DNA of 62,551 bases, counting the filler, from Collodictyon triciliatum (taxonomy: Eukaryota): the NCBI GenBank assembly GCA_043381765.1. It is 11 parts of 11 records of this genome, joined end to end, with 100 filler letters (N's around TTAATTAATTAA, not from the genome) between each part and the next. Parts side by side here need not be neighbours in the genome. Positions count along the whole stretch, not along the records: positions 30,049 to 35,956 come from JBHJMP010004848.1; positions 36,057 to 41,965 come from JBHJMP010004849.1; positions 42,066 to 47,970 come from JBHJMP010004850.1; positions 48,071 to 53,973 come from JBHJMP010004851.1; 7 more parts are not named here. One strand, given 5' to 3'. Positions 31,840 through 48,267 of this stretch are shown piece after piece (within the stretch, counting starts at the first letter, position 1; every line of letters begins with the position of its first letter). Both the position numbers and the translations under genes were made by a program. The notes under the pieces were generated by a model that was not told the origin of the DNA, searched no databases, and saw only the letters and a list, made by a program, of their open reading frames with translations.

Positions 31840-32213
31840 GTCAGCAGCCTCTGATTCCCAACATGGCCGCATTATTCCGTGGGCATTCGTCCCTCTTTTC
31901 TCGCCTATTAGTCTTGCGGTGGAGTGGAATAAACGAGGAGCTTTTGGCTTGGGAGAAACTGTTCGGCGCCAGAAAACAATCTGTGCTGGCTGTACCGCAC
32001 TGATCCATCACTCGCTTTTGCTTTTATTTCTTTGAGTATTTGCTTTATGCACTGTGCGTTCTTATCTCCTATCTTCATTTGTTTTATATTATTTATTTTT
32101 TTATCATTTTATTGAGAAGCTTTGGTGATGTTCTCCCAAGGAAAATCCTTTAAACTTTGATACTTTTACTTACTATGTATATAGTAAATGGAAGTATCGA
32201 TTTTATTGCCCTC

Positions 32214-34606
32214 CTAATTGGCCGAAAAGATTTGTATGCAATTATTTTCAGCATCGCAAACGTAAAGTTTCTGGTCAAGCCCGAAACAAACCCCGACGGG
32301 GAAACGAAATTCACCCCCTTCGCCGGATTCAGAGTCCGAGGAGCCAAGCGTCTGGATGTTCTCTCCTGTCTCCATATCGCAGCAGCGAACAGTTTTACTA
32401 TTAACAGTACTCATGACAATAGTGTCATTTGGCCCCTCTGTAACAACAGCACCAAGGAGACATTTTTCCACATTTACGCTCCTTATTACTCTCCCATCAG
32501 TATCATAAAAAACGAGCTTATCAGATACAGCCTCGTTATGGAGGGACGACATTTTTTCGGGTGATCCATCCCACTCAACTCTAGCCATGGCAACACAAAG
32601 CTCGTTTTTGGACGTAAAGCATATCGAAATGGGGATATCAATATTCGATGTGTCGAAAAATTTCAACTTTTGCTGGGAAGGTAGAACAAAATCAAAACAG
32701 CTCGAGATGCCATACCCCATCGCCACAGAGGACAGACCGAATGATGATTTAAACTGGAATTTTGAGTCGAATTTATCGATTCTTCCTCTGCCTACATTAC
32801 AAACATATAAGTTACCCTGAGGATCGAAACAAAGATCTAATGGTCCGAGCAGCCCATAATAATTTGCCTTGCAAGCGTAATCTTCGCCATCATCTGCCCC
32901 AATAATTGCAATTACAGATAGACTTTCATCAAATATTTGAACTCGGCAGTTTAAAAACTCGGATACAGCAACTAAGCCATTAGGGGAAATAGAAATTCCT
33001 GCGGGATGCTGAAATTGCCCCTGCTTAATTCCTTTAGTACCGAATGTAGTTACAAACTCTAGCTCTTGATTGAGAACTTGAACTCTATGATTACCAGATT
33101 CAGTGATATAAATATGGCCAGTTTTCGGGTGGACTGCGACTCCGAGCGGTCCTTGAAATTCAAGTTCTCCATCACCACGTGAACCAACCCCTCCTTTGAA
33201 TTTGTAATCCTTGATCCCATGATCCCATCGTTTTTCATAAACCTCAGGGACCGCACTTATTTTGACAGGTTGAGGAACTTCCGAGTTTTGATGTAAAATA
33301 ACCTCCATTTCGCTCCTTGCTTTTTCTATCGAGCGCTCAAGATGATTAATTAGTCTCTTGCAAAAAGAGGGTCCCTCATCTAACTCACCTAGCGACACAA
33401 CCTTCTTTATGTCGCCAAGGTCAACAACAGTAGCTTCGCGCACTTCTAGCTGCGCTACAGTTTCTGATAAGAACGCACCCTTTTTGAGTTTCGTAACAAC
33501 AGTCTCCTTTTCGTAGATTTCCTTGGACTCTGACAGCATCCTAACAGAGTACTTAAGGATGTTCTCAGTTATCTCTATCTCCTCACGCAGAGACTCGGCA
33601 TTGTCAACCATTGGCCGAAACAAGAACTTCGTCTGTTATATATGTGTTAGAAATATGAAAATATTTAAACAAAATGAGTGTGAGAAATAACCAGCTCGAT
33701 CAGCTTATTCTTCAATGAGTCGGCTTTCTTCACGATGTCTTCATGAAACTGATTTATCTTGTCCAGCTCTTGCTCCTCTTCCTTTGTAATCTGAGATGAC
33801 ATATAATAAATATTCGTGCAGAAACCGCCAGTTGTTTAAAAGTCATGAGAAAATGGTGAGAACGAACCCTTGTAAGTTCAGCTGTTGCGGCTAGATTCTT
33901 CTCTTGGAGGGCTGGGATCTTGTTTTGTAACTTCTCAACTATTTCATCAACTCGAATGGTTTCATACTCAACCTTAGTGGCATCGATACGAACATGACCT
34001 GGATTTCTTTCTGTGTCTTCCATCACACAAGTAGAGCATTGTTCGGTGCATGGCCAGCAGGATAAGCACATGCGAACAATCGGCAACTTATGCAAAATAC
34101 ACTCACGTAAGTTCATCTGCTGTGAACTTTCGGCCTCAAGGAGTGTACTAAGAATAAAAAAAAAATCGGATATTAATTGTGTGATTTGATTCATAGGAAA
34201 TTTAAGAGCATGTTACTAGCTTAAATTTTAAATACATTAGCTTGTGCAAGGCAGTTTTCTTCTTGGGTTTCAGATGATCAGTCTTGCAATCTTCGCAAAA
34301 GAACCCGCACCCATCCTTGCATATAAAAGCTGCCTCACTGTCACAATCCTTACAATTCTTATTTTTTCCGGCTGGGCTCATACGAGAGACAATTTCGTCA
34401 TAGTATTCGGAGCTTGGGTGAGGATTTTCCTTCGTGGAGGGCGCAAACTTCTTCAAGCAGATAGGACATACAGGAATTTGGTTTGTTTTCTTCGCACGTT
34501 TCTCAGTTTTTGAGACACATTCCTTACAGAAAACGTGACCACAAGGAAGTTGGTTGGTCTCAGAGAAGCTTGTCAGGCATGTTGGACAATTGCACTCGCA
34601 ATCCAT
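32214..34606 (-). CDS. TRIM-NHL-like protein: RING + B-box1 + B-box2-like + coiled coil + NHL beta-propeller
   Basis: RING: CPTC..LPCGHVFCKEC..CPIC. B-box1: CKDC..AAFICKDGCGFFCEDCKTDH..H. B-box2-like: CILH..CLSC..CSTC..H. Coiled coil, then NHL repeats (FQGPLGVAV..IYITESGNHRVQV; FRFPVGVC..LYVCDAENNCIQIF). Four exons. Confidence 0.92.
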
Positions 34607-35589
34607 TTGTTCTATAAGTTGCTTGATTCTATAAGCAAAAAGCAGAGGATGGACAGTTTTTTTTTTTTTTTTTTGTATTGAAGGTAAAACGTGGACGGAA
34701 GAGGTGAACCAAGGCAGGACAGCTAAGGTGAGGTATTGCGCGGCACACAGAGACGTAGGCACGAGTACTCCGGTGCGTTGTTTTCTTGCGAGGCAGATTG
34801 ATTTATTAAACAAAGTGTCAACCTGGTAACTGGCTGTCTATATATATATTGTCGCATGTAATTAACCCAGTGTAAAATTGCAATAGAAGATTTTTGTCGA
34901 AACGGAGAATTGAACAATTCTTAATAAGGTACATTTTTTAGAATATCCCGTAAAAATGTACGAAATTTAATACATAATTAGACAATTTTATTTAATTTTC
35001 CAAATATTAATTAAGATTAATTCATTGAATCATTTTTATATCTATAAGTTCTCTTACTCAGGCATTAATGCAAACGAATAACAGCATAGTGCAGGCATCC
35101 AACATGCTATTTATAAATCATTATGCATACTACATTAAAGTAATCTGTCATATCTTATAAGTATAAAAAAATTATATTATATATTTAAAATTGTATTCCA
35201 GATATAATATGTTTCCCATGATTTAGTTGCGAGGTTAGTTTCTTTCCAGTAACACTTTCAAGCAAGTCAGAAAGAGTCATTCGGATGCTGCTTAAGCTTC
35301 TCGTATGTTTTCAGTTTCCAGTCTGATCATCTGATATTTAATTATGTGCCTTTGAATTATCTCCTATTTCCATTTCTTTTCGTCGTTGATTGTTATGAAC
35401 ACTATATCAATTGTTCCTCTTATTGTCACTTTTTGAACATATACACGTGCTTTATCAGGAATGCACATTATGGGGGTAATACTCGTGATTTTATGGTGAT
35501 GGTACTGCCCCACAAGGCAACATGCAGAGGAACTTCTGCTATGGCGCAGTGTTTCTTGGCTAGGTCTCGCCTCATGGTCTCATACCTAC

Positions 35590-35956
35590 TTTTTTTTTTA
35601 TTTATTTTATTCTTCCTTTCAATTTTGTGCAGGATGGTAAGATGCTGGCTTTGGTTCGCTAGCCATTTTTTGCGTGGACACTTCTTGGTGGCCGGGTGGC
35701 GGAGAAGTAGTCGGTAATCAGGAATTGCATCCTGCGGGTTGGCCTGTAGCCTGTAGCCTGGGGCTTGTGCTTGCTTGAGAGATACAAGGCGAGGTTTGGA
35801 ATCTTTCTCAGCCTCTTTCCACATGTCTCTTCTCACAGGTCTGAGTAGTAGAGAACGTGCAGGTGGCGAAGAAAGCTATTGAGGAAAGAGATTTGTATGA
35901 TGTCATCCAGCCTGTTATCAGGAATGGGTGGCTGGTTGTTGAGTCTTGCTTTGCGT
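35590..35956 (-). mobile_element. LINE family A 3' end, degenerate, cut by the contig end
   Basis: RRDMWKEAEKDSKPRLVSL.. with a small internal duplication (CCTGTAG x2) causing a frameshift; same 3'UTR and poly(A). Confidence 0.92.
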
Positions 35957-36432
35957 NNNNNNNNNNNNNNNNNNNNNNNNNNNNNNNNNNNNNNNNNNNN
36001 TTAATTAATTAANNNNNNNNNNNNNNNNNNNNNNNNNNNNNNNNNNNNNNNNNNNNGTTTTGTTTTGTTTTGTTTTGTTTTGTTTTGTTTTGTTTTGTTT
36101 TGTTTTGTTTTGTTTTGTTTTGTTTTGTTTTGTTTTGTTTTGTTCTGTTTTGTTTGTTCGATTGGCGGGCTTTTCCTTCCGCCAAGACTAGCCTGCCTTG
36201 TGTGTCGCGAACCTTGATAATATCAAAGTGTTTTGTGAAGAGATTTGTGGGTGTTTTGCTTCGTGGGGTACTACTTCTCTACACAACCAATACGAACAAG
36301 GCCTCTTTTCGGCTTGAGCGATGTGCTTCATGATTTATACTACCACCAAGAATGTATATTCATATATAAATATGAACAGAGGGTTTCAAGGATAAGGGAT
36401 AGAAGAAACAACTCAAGGACGGACGGATAAAA

Positions 36433-37858
36433 ATGGCGGCGCTGTCTGGTGTGTCTCGCGTTCTGCTTGTTATGCTGTTTCTTGCTTTCCTGTTTTTTAC
36501 CTCTTCAGTGTTCAAGTACACCGAGGACAAGAGCGCAAAGACATGGGTTGAGGTGGCTACTGAAGAACCTCTTTCGCCTGCATCGGATAAAAAAACAGGT
36601 TTTTCTCTTTCCTTTCCTTTTCTTTTCTTTTCTTTTCTTTTTCTTTTTCTTTTCTTTTTCTTTTTCTTTTCTTTTCTTTTCTTTTTCTTTTCTTTTTCTT
36701 TTTCTTTTCTTTTTCTTTTCTTTTTCTTTTCTTTTTTCCCTTTTTCTTTTTCTTTTTCTTTTTTCATTTCCATACGCAGATAATGAATAAGAAAAAAATC
36801 AGTAGGCCTTCCTCTGTGGCATTTTTATTTGCAACCCCTCGACCCCACATCATTTATGTCCGAGTAATCTTTGCCTCACTAATATGAAAACCTGTAAGGA
36901 AACACCTCGGCTCCTTTGGGAAAGGGGCATGGAAGGCACCGTCATAGACACCGCGATCGTCATCGAAACAGAAAGAAATCAAAACTGAGCACAGATATAT
37001 CAGGGATCATCGGTTCCCCGATCCTAGTTGCTTCCACACCTGGTGTGGATGCCCAGATCGTTAGCGAACTCCTACTAGCCGCCACAATTCCTATTACACG
37101 TCAAAGGAACAAATACGGAGATAGTTCTGTGTTTAATCAACTATTTTCCAACATCGTACCAAGTATCTACAAAGATGGATGGAGCTTAGAAGTACCTAAT
37201 GTATGCCCTATTCGTGCATCTGAAACCCTACATGATGAATATCTATCACCCAGCCGATATGACTGAACTTTCTTTATAGACAAATACATTATTTTCAGCA
37301 TTATCGATGACTTATTTGAAATGAACGCTGCAGATGAAGGGCGGACATCGAAAGAAACTGAAGCAGGATTTAGATAAGTTCAAAAATAGCACATCGCTAA
37401 AGGTGCTTGATAAAGGACATAAAGCGTCATTCCTGACCTCAGCAGCATCACCAACGTGGTGTTTTCAAAGTTCGCTGGTAACTTTAGTTTCCTTATAAAC
37501 CCTCCAGCACTAAATCTTAATCTTAAAATAAAAGACTGTCCCTAGTTTTATGACAATTCCTTTTCTTTATCAATTCACATGTATCATCCTATCCCTATAT
37601 TTTTTTTTTATTATTTTAGTCTCACCCATCACTCACCCTCATCCTCATCCCACTGCAATCTAAGGGTTTGTACATGTTGCCTCTGCTAAATGCACATTTT
37701 CCTAACCTGACTGTTGTTCACGTCATTGATAACGGGAAGTACACGTCACTTTCAAAGAAGTAATTTCAAATATCATAATACGTGTTCACTATTGTATGGT
37801 TGAAAGAGGGTAATATATGTCTTGCTATATCATACGATCCAGAATGAGTCCTTTCTTT

Positions 37859-37911
<53 letters not shown>

Positions 37912-38661
37912 TCTTACCGTCCAGTATTCGGAAAGATGATATTGAACTCCAAGCTAAAATACTGAAGATAAGTCCTGAAGATGCTGACACGTCGTTTCAA
38001 GTTTGTATATACCACTTGCACGTGCAATAAATATATTATTTTATCTATATAAATCCACACGAGGATGTAATATGAATGGTTTAAAATAAATATGATACTG
38101 GACAATAGACTCAAGCTATAACGTCTATGAAAATATGGTCCCGAGCAAATAAAGAAGTTGCAGCGTGGAGTGAAGTACAGTTGAGGTCGAAATATATTCC
38201 ATTTAGGTTTGCACTTTCCCACTGAAATACATATGCATGGGTTTGAAAATTCAACTGTCAATGGCATGATTAAAGTTGTATTTCGAACTAATTGCTTGGT
38301 TATCTTTTATTTATTCATTTCTACAAGCAAAGTATTTGTTCACACCTACATACAAATAATAATAAGATTCGACGAATTTTGCGCCAATCGGCAAAAATAC
38401 GCAATCAATTTTTTCTCCAAACTAGGCTTCGAATCACCTGGTAAATATATACTTTTTTTTATTAGGGGTTGTTACATTTTCTATATGTGTTAGTTTACAT
38501 ATTCCCTTTTATCAATTTTTTACAAACTATTTTATCATTTCAATAGTCCCATGGAATAAGATTGAGCGTCACCTAAAGGTAGTGAAGGCCAGTTCTTTGA
38601 ATAGCATTTGCAATCGCCCTGACGGAACTTATCTTGCTGTCAAGGTTTACTCTTTTTTGAA

Positions 38662-38758
<97 letters not shown>

Positions 38759-41156
38759 TAATGAAATGTGACAGAAAATTGTATCATGTCTTGTACTTGA
38801 AGCAACATCTTCATGTTACCTCGCGACTCACAGAACTAAATCTTAAACGTTGCAGAACTTTGGTTTTGAGTTTGCAAACAAAGTTGATGTGTTTGGAAAA
38901 GAAGGTTGTGAAAGCTGCTTCATCTCTGGCTAGAGTCTATTTCGTTCTAAAGCATGAAACCTTTTGAATTTGTCCAATGAAATGTTTTTCTTTTCTTTTC
39001 TTTGATGTGATGTAATAAATTATTACAGGAATGGAATACTTTGGCTTCAGAAACTCCACCAGATATAGAGTTGGTCTACATGAGGTATAAAGGAGATTTT
39101 GCTTGTTGGTACATGAAACGGAAAACAATGGCCGTTATATTCTAGTGTTCTTAATAGTTTGTTTCGCATTCTTTAATATACAGTATGATTTATCTTTTAT
39201 TTGTAGGAAGAACTGGTGCATGTGGCTAAATCTACTGCGAAGGATAACACTTTAATAGTGACCGTCGTTACAGAAGAATATATATCAATATTTATGAATT
39301 GGCTTTCAGGTGTTTGACCTCAAAAATGTTTCAACTTTATATAATATCTACTATTTTATGGGATATTATTTCAGTTCTGATTTTTTTTTGGATCCTTAAT
39401 GTTCGATAATTAAGAGTTTTTTTTAAAAAAATAAAAAAAAAAATCAATAACATACAAACAGGTATGCATAGACTTGGTTTGCGAAATTTGCTCGTATTCT
39501 GCACGGATCTAGGCTCAAGAAACAGGCTTAATCGCATGGGCATCTCTACCTACTTGGATATGGCGGAATGCTGTTCTAATACAAGATGGGACTTACTTAC
39601 GATTCGAAACCAGGTTAGTATCATCCATCACGGCTAATAATCGTCTGCGCTGCAATTGTGTGCGTTGTTTCTTATTTCTGCCTTTCTGTAGTTTTGCTTC
39701 TTTTTATCTTAACATATCAAAAATTCGAATGTTTTTGTAATAGTATGTACAAACGCTGCTTGCTCACGGATTTCACGTGTTATCGACGGATATTGATACA
39801 TACTGGAACCGAAATCCACTTCCATATCTTATGAATTCGACAGCTGACATCCAAGTATCGTTCAAATACATAGGCGCTTGTACTCTTCTCAAAATTCCTA
39901 TATGAAAATAATACAAGAGCCTTAAAATTAATACTTTTTTTCAATTTAGCTTATCCGATCATTTGAGAAATCATTCATTCAGTTGAATGCGTCCACTCAA
40001 CCCCTATCCTTGGGGTTTGTGTTCATAAAGAACTCAATAAACTCCGTGCTTTTCTGGGAAAAGGTGCTGCTTTATTCACATAATTTTTGCATCTATTTTG
40101 CCCGATTAGTTCGCTTCGATCGATACAGACCTTACTATCTATTATGAATACTATGGGTCCGAAATGGCACAGTTTTCTGTAATATCCTCTGGAGAAAAAA
40201 ATGAGCGTATTGCGATAAACAGAGGTTGATATTATGATTTATATTTTACTTACGGCTGCGTATTCATATGTTTTAGTACCAAAACATAGGCAACATAAAT
40301 TTTATATCAAAGACATTAAACAAAATTACACATTACATCTATCATATAGCTATAGAGAAACAAGAAATTGAGTGGGATACTTCTCGAAATTCGACATCTG
40401 GTTGTGCTATAGGTATGTCATAAAAATTACAATGAATGACATTAAAATGCTTTTGTCGTGGATTGGTTCCCTAAACCTCCCCTCCTCCTCCCACCCCATG
40501 ACTTTTATGGACATTTCCAAGGTCGCTGTGATTTTGGGTCTTCTCCTACTGGTAACTTTCAATTATCTCTGCTGGACAGTTATTACTTTCCCTCGTCTGG
40601 ACAAAACTTTGTGAGTAAAAGAATATATCATATATAAGTTAAGGAATTAAAAAAATCCTAAAAAAAATAAATTTTTTTCATATAATTCTACCATTTGACA
40701 TATGTTTACTACGATATATGCCTTTATGTTGTGCGGCTGACCTATAAATGAATTTTTGGTCAGATATCCAAGGACTATTTGGTATACCACGCAAATGATG
40801 AAGAATTAAAAGATAAAGTGAAGATTTTGTTACAATCCAAACATACGTATGTTTACTGCTTGTGTAAATTCGTAGACTAAAGATTGTCACGTCTCTAGAT
40901 TACGACTCTTCGGAAAGTTGATGGATGGATGGTGCGAAAAAGTGCCAATAGCATTATTGATAGTTGGAGACCCTTTCAAAAGGAACTGCCATCCGATGAT
41001 AGGAGGCGGCAAGCTTATGAGCTTTCAGAAAGGGTCTTGGTCGAACTACTCACGAACAAGAATATTAATTTGAGTAACGTTTCCATCGAAAATTTACAGT
41101 CAGCGATAGTCGAAGGACGGAACATCAGTTTTGGGACTTCGTTCCAGCTGACATGA
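36433..41156 (+). CDS. Type II membrane Golgi-type protein: sulfotransferase-like domain + nucleotide-diphospho-sugar transferase (GT77-like) domain
   Basis: N-terminal TM VLLVMLFLAFLFF. Sulfotransferase-like: WCFQSSL|GLYMLPLLNAHFPNLTVVHVIDNG, WSRAN..RSKYIPFR|FDEFC..FFSKLG. GT77-like: LIVTVV..FMNW, NLLVFCTD, LLAHGFHVLSTDIDTYWNRNPLPYL, LGFVFIK. Stop 41154-41156. Confidence 0.78.
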
Positions 41157-41827
41157 TCCCTCTCCACGTTTCTGTTATTGTGTTGACTCGCATTCGATTT
41201 CAAACCTATGGTCGTATTGATTTTTCTTTTATGGTTTCCTTCCTTTATTTTCTTTATTTTTCTTTCTGCTGCACCTTGCAACTATAACTGCTGTGGAACT
41301 CACAAAACAATAAATTGTTTTGCTAGTTGAGTATTTTAAGTTTTTGTTCAGGACAGTTTTCAAACCCTCTGGAGCCTCCCATGTTGATTGTGCAGTTTTT
41401 CTCAATTTGCTATTATTACTTGGCGAGGCTTTGAGAGAAAGACAAAAGAAGCCCCGTCCGTGAGGCGCATACGCGAATTTGGGCAATAGCATTGGCGTAT
41501 GAAAACTACGTTACCATCAAAGTCTACTCAAAGTTTTAATTAATTCGAATTATATCCACTATTAAAATTGAATCGCACCCAATGGGGCGACAATTTCGAA
41601 AATACATAATTTCCACATATGAAAAATCCTCACCTAAAGAGTGGAACTTTCGATCAATCCATCAGCAATTCATCAGCAATCAAAACGTGGCTCGAGCAGC
41701 GTTGTTCAAGGATTCGTGCGTTGACAGTTTCGATTCACAAAAGCCTAGGAAGAAGCAGCACTCTCCAACAAACTTAACTGGCACCATTTTTTTTTTTTGT
41801 TTCTTACAGAAAGACAGCGCCACAGTC

Positions 41828-41942
41828 ATGTCCACAGCCCCGCCACTTCCTCCCTTCGTAAAGCCTGACTGGGAAAACCGCGACTTTGCGGAGCAGATCT
41901 CTCTTAGCATCCTCAAGATCACAGAGTTTCTGACAAAGTTTG
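41828..41942 (+). CDS. BRK1: First exon of BRICK1/HSPC300 (SCAR/WAVE complex subunit), 3'-truncated
   Basis: VKPDWENRDFAEQISLSILKITEFLTKF followed by a GTGAGT donor; matches the BRK1 pattern DW.NRE..E.I...I.KI..FLN.F. Confidence 0.9.
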
Positions 41943-42065
41943 GTGAGTGCCAAATAGAATACACANNNNNNNNNNNNNNNNNNNNNNNNNNNNNNNNNNN
42001 NNNNNNNNNTTAATTAATTAANNNNNNNNNNNNNNNNNNNNNNNNNNNNNNNNNNNNNNNNNNNN

Positions 42066-42167
<102 letters not shown>

Positions 42168-42273
42168 CATCTTCTGACAAAATATACCGAAGAAGGCCAA
42201 ACATCGAACGTGGATTTATAATCATCCAGTGAACACTTTTTCTTTTTTTTTTTATCGAATCTATACTTAGTAG

Positions 42274-45680
<3,407 letters not shown>

Positions 45681-46292
45681 AAAAAAAGAAAAAAGAAAGA
45701 AAGAAGCGCATATGAGCTCTTCCCTATTTTTTCTTTCAAGGGAGTTATGCAAGCATGCTCACTCAATTAAGATTATTAATGCCCTCGCAAAAATCTCGTC
45801 TGCCTTCGGTTCCACTCATACAAGCATCCAGAACAGTAACCATCGCACGCCCAATTCAGAAATGATAAAATAAAATGAAGAAACAAATGTTATTCAACTT
45901 CACTGACATGTATAGATGATTCACATATTATTATTTTATTACTACTACTATTATTATCATCATCATTAAAGAATAACCCACATAATCAATCCATCGAAGT
46001 CACATAATACCTCCGCCGCACATCTCTGTATCAATAATACGCGCAACGTCAGTGACAAGAAACCGCGTCTCTGCGCTTGAATAAGTAAACGGTATTTTCA
46101 CCTGGAACTATTGTGAGAACACCTTTTTCTTTCTTTCTTGTTTCTCTTTGTGTGTGGAAAGAATGTTATGAAGTAATGATTTTACTTTTTTTTTTTTTAA
46201 AAAAAAAAATTGATTCTCTTTTTGTGAGTTTATGCAATGGAAATGGGTTAACAAATTGAAATAAAAGAATTGTGGAGGTGGGCGAAGCGGTT

Positions 46293-46782
46293 NNNNNNNN
46301 NNNNNNNNNNNNNNNNNNNNNNNNNNNNNNNNNNNNNNNNNNNNNNNNNNNNNNNNNNNNNNNNNNNNNNNNNNNNNNNNNNNNNNNNNNNNNNNNNNNN
46401 NNNNNNNNNNNNNNNNNNNNNNNNNNNNNNNNNNNNNNNNNNNNNNNNNNNNNNNNNNNNNNNNNNNNNNNNNNNNNNNNNNNNNNNNNNNNNNNNNNNN
46501 NNNNNNNNNNNNNNNNNNNNNNNNNNNNNNNNNNNNNNNNNNNNNNNNNNNNNNNNNNNNNNNNNNNNNNNNNNNNNNNNNNNNNNNNNNNNNNNNNNNN
46601 NNNNNNNNNNNNNNNNNNNNNNNNNNNNNNNNNNNNNNNNNNNNNNNNNNNNNNNNNNNNNNNNNNNNNNNNNNNNNNNNNNNNNNNNNNNNNNNNNNNN
46701 NNNNNNNNNNNNNNNNNNNNNNNNNNNNNNNNNNNNNNNNNNNNNNNNNNNNNNNNNNNNNNNNNNNNNNNNNNNNNNNNNN
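46293..46782. other. Scaffold gap (490 N) inside a contig
   Basis: Run of N without the TTAA linker. Confidence 0.99.
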
Positions 46783-46879
46783 TATCTTCATTTCCCACTG
46801 ACTTCGAACTTGGGGATATGCTAATTTGTTGCCACCCAAGAAAAACTGCCTAGTTGTTCGAAAAGATCGGCAGGTATTG

Positions 46880-47863
46880 TCAGAGTTGACACCCCTGCAG
46901 AACCAAACATACACAGACCAGATGGTCATATGAGGCATTTATATAGGAAAAAACCTTATGTTTCTGGGCATCTGAGTCCATCCTCTTGAGTCTTGTGGGT
47001 TGAGATTTCTTGCCTTCGGGGGTACTCGCTTCAGACGAAGCCTCAGCTCCATCGCGATGTCCGATTTGATCGATTCTTTGTTGAGAAAAGTTGCGAATAT
47101 TTTCCATGCCGCGCATAGCACTCGAAAGCGATGACATCAACGAAAAGTTTCCACTTGAGCGCACATCTCGAAGTTTCATGGCTTCCTCAATGAATTCGTG
47201 TGGATTCTGAGTCTCCGGTGGGGCAAAGATTTCTCGGAGAGCAGTCATATAGTCCTGACCAACAACTAGGGTATATAGATATATTGAAGCAGGTAACATC
47301 TCGTACGAAAATGCAATTGGGATGGAACTATTCTCTCTCTCTTTCTTAAGGCTCAAGTGCACACTTAAATGGATTCATCAGACGAATGAATAAGTAATGA
47401 TGTTAATATGTGATTCGGAGGATTCTTACCTCTTGGACCAGCTTTTAACAACAAAGCGAGACACACGAAGTTCACCATTTCAGATATTCCACCCGCAAAT
47501 AGACCATCCCAAACGACAAGAATCTCGTCCAGATTGAATTCTCGAGCAAACAGAAGCCGAATCCATTTTCTGCATTGGTTCCCATAGCGAAAATAATATC
47601 AATAATATTGATAATAACAATTTAATACAAATAATTAATAATATACTATTATACAAATAGTCACAAATATCAAAACGATGCCTAGATTTTATGTCGCCTT
47701 AATACTCAATCAGTTTGGTACAAAGTGAATGATATATGATGAATTACAAGCCATATATCTGCGGCTCTATCTCAAGGTCACAAAGGGTTTTGTAGAGAGC
47801 AGGGTCCCTACTCTTCAGCAAAGTGTTTTGGATGTAATGACATTTCTTCACAATCGGCGATGC
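46880..47863 (-). CDS. 5'-partial TBC (Rab-GAP) domain protein, TBC1D5-like; further 3' exons are possible down to about 45760
   Basis: SPIVKKCHYIQNTLLKSRDPALYKTLCDLEIEPQIYGL|KWIRLLFAREFNLDEILVVWDGLFA..VCLALL, then DYMTAL. Confidence 0.85.
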
Positions 47864-48267
47864 CTAATTAGATTGCAGTAGTTTTTAATGTATCCAAAAT
47901 ATTTGAGTGTGAAAATATCTGGTTGCATAATTTGCTGATGAGAAGGACAAGGACAAGGACAAGGACAAGGNNNNNNNNNNNNNNNNNNNNNNNNNNNNNN
48001 NNNNNNNNNNNNNNTTAATTAATTAANNNNNNNNNNNNNNNNNNNNNNNNNNNNNNNNNNNNNNNNNNNNTTCTTTTTTCTTATTTCTTTTTTCTTATTT
48101 CTTTTTTCTTATTTCTTTTTTCTTATTTCTTTTTCTTATTTCTTATTTCTTATTTCTTATTTCTTATTTCTTTTTTCTTTTGAGGCCTTGTAATTTTCAC
48201 TCTTCTTTTACTCTCACAAGTAACATTTTTTCCTTTAGTCCAAATTAAATGATTTCGTGTCTTATAG

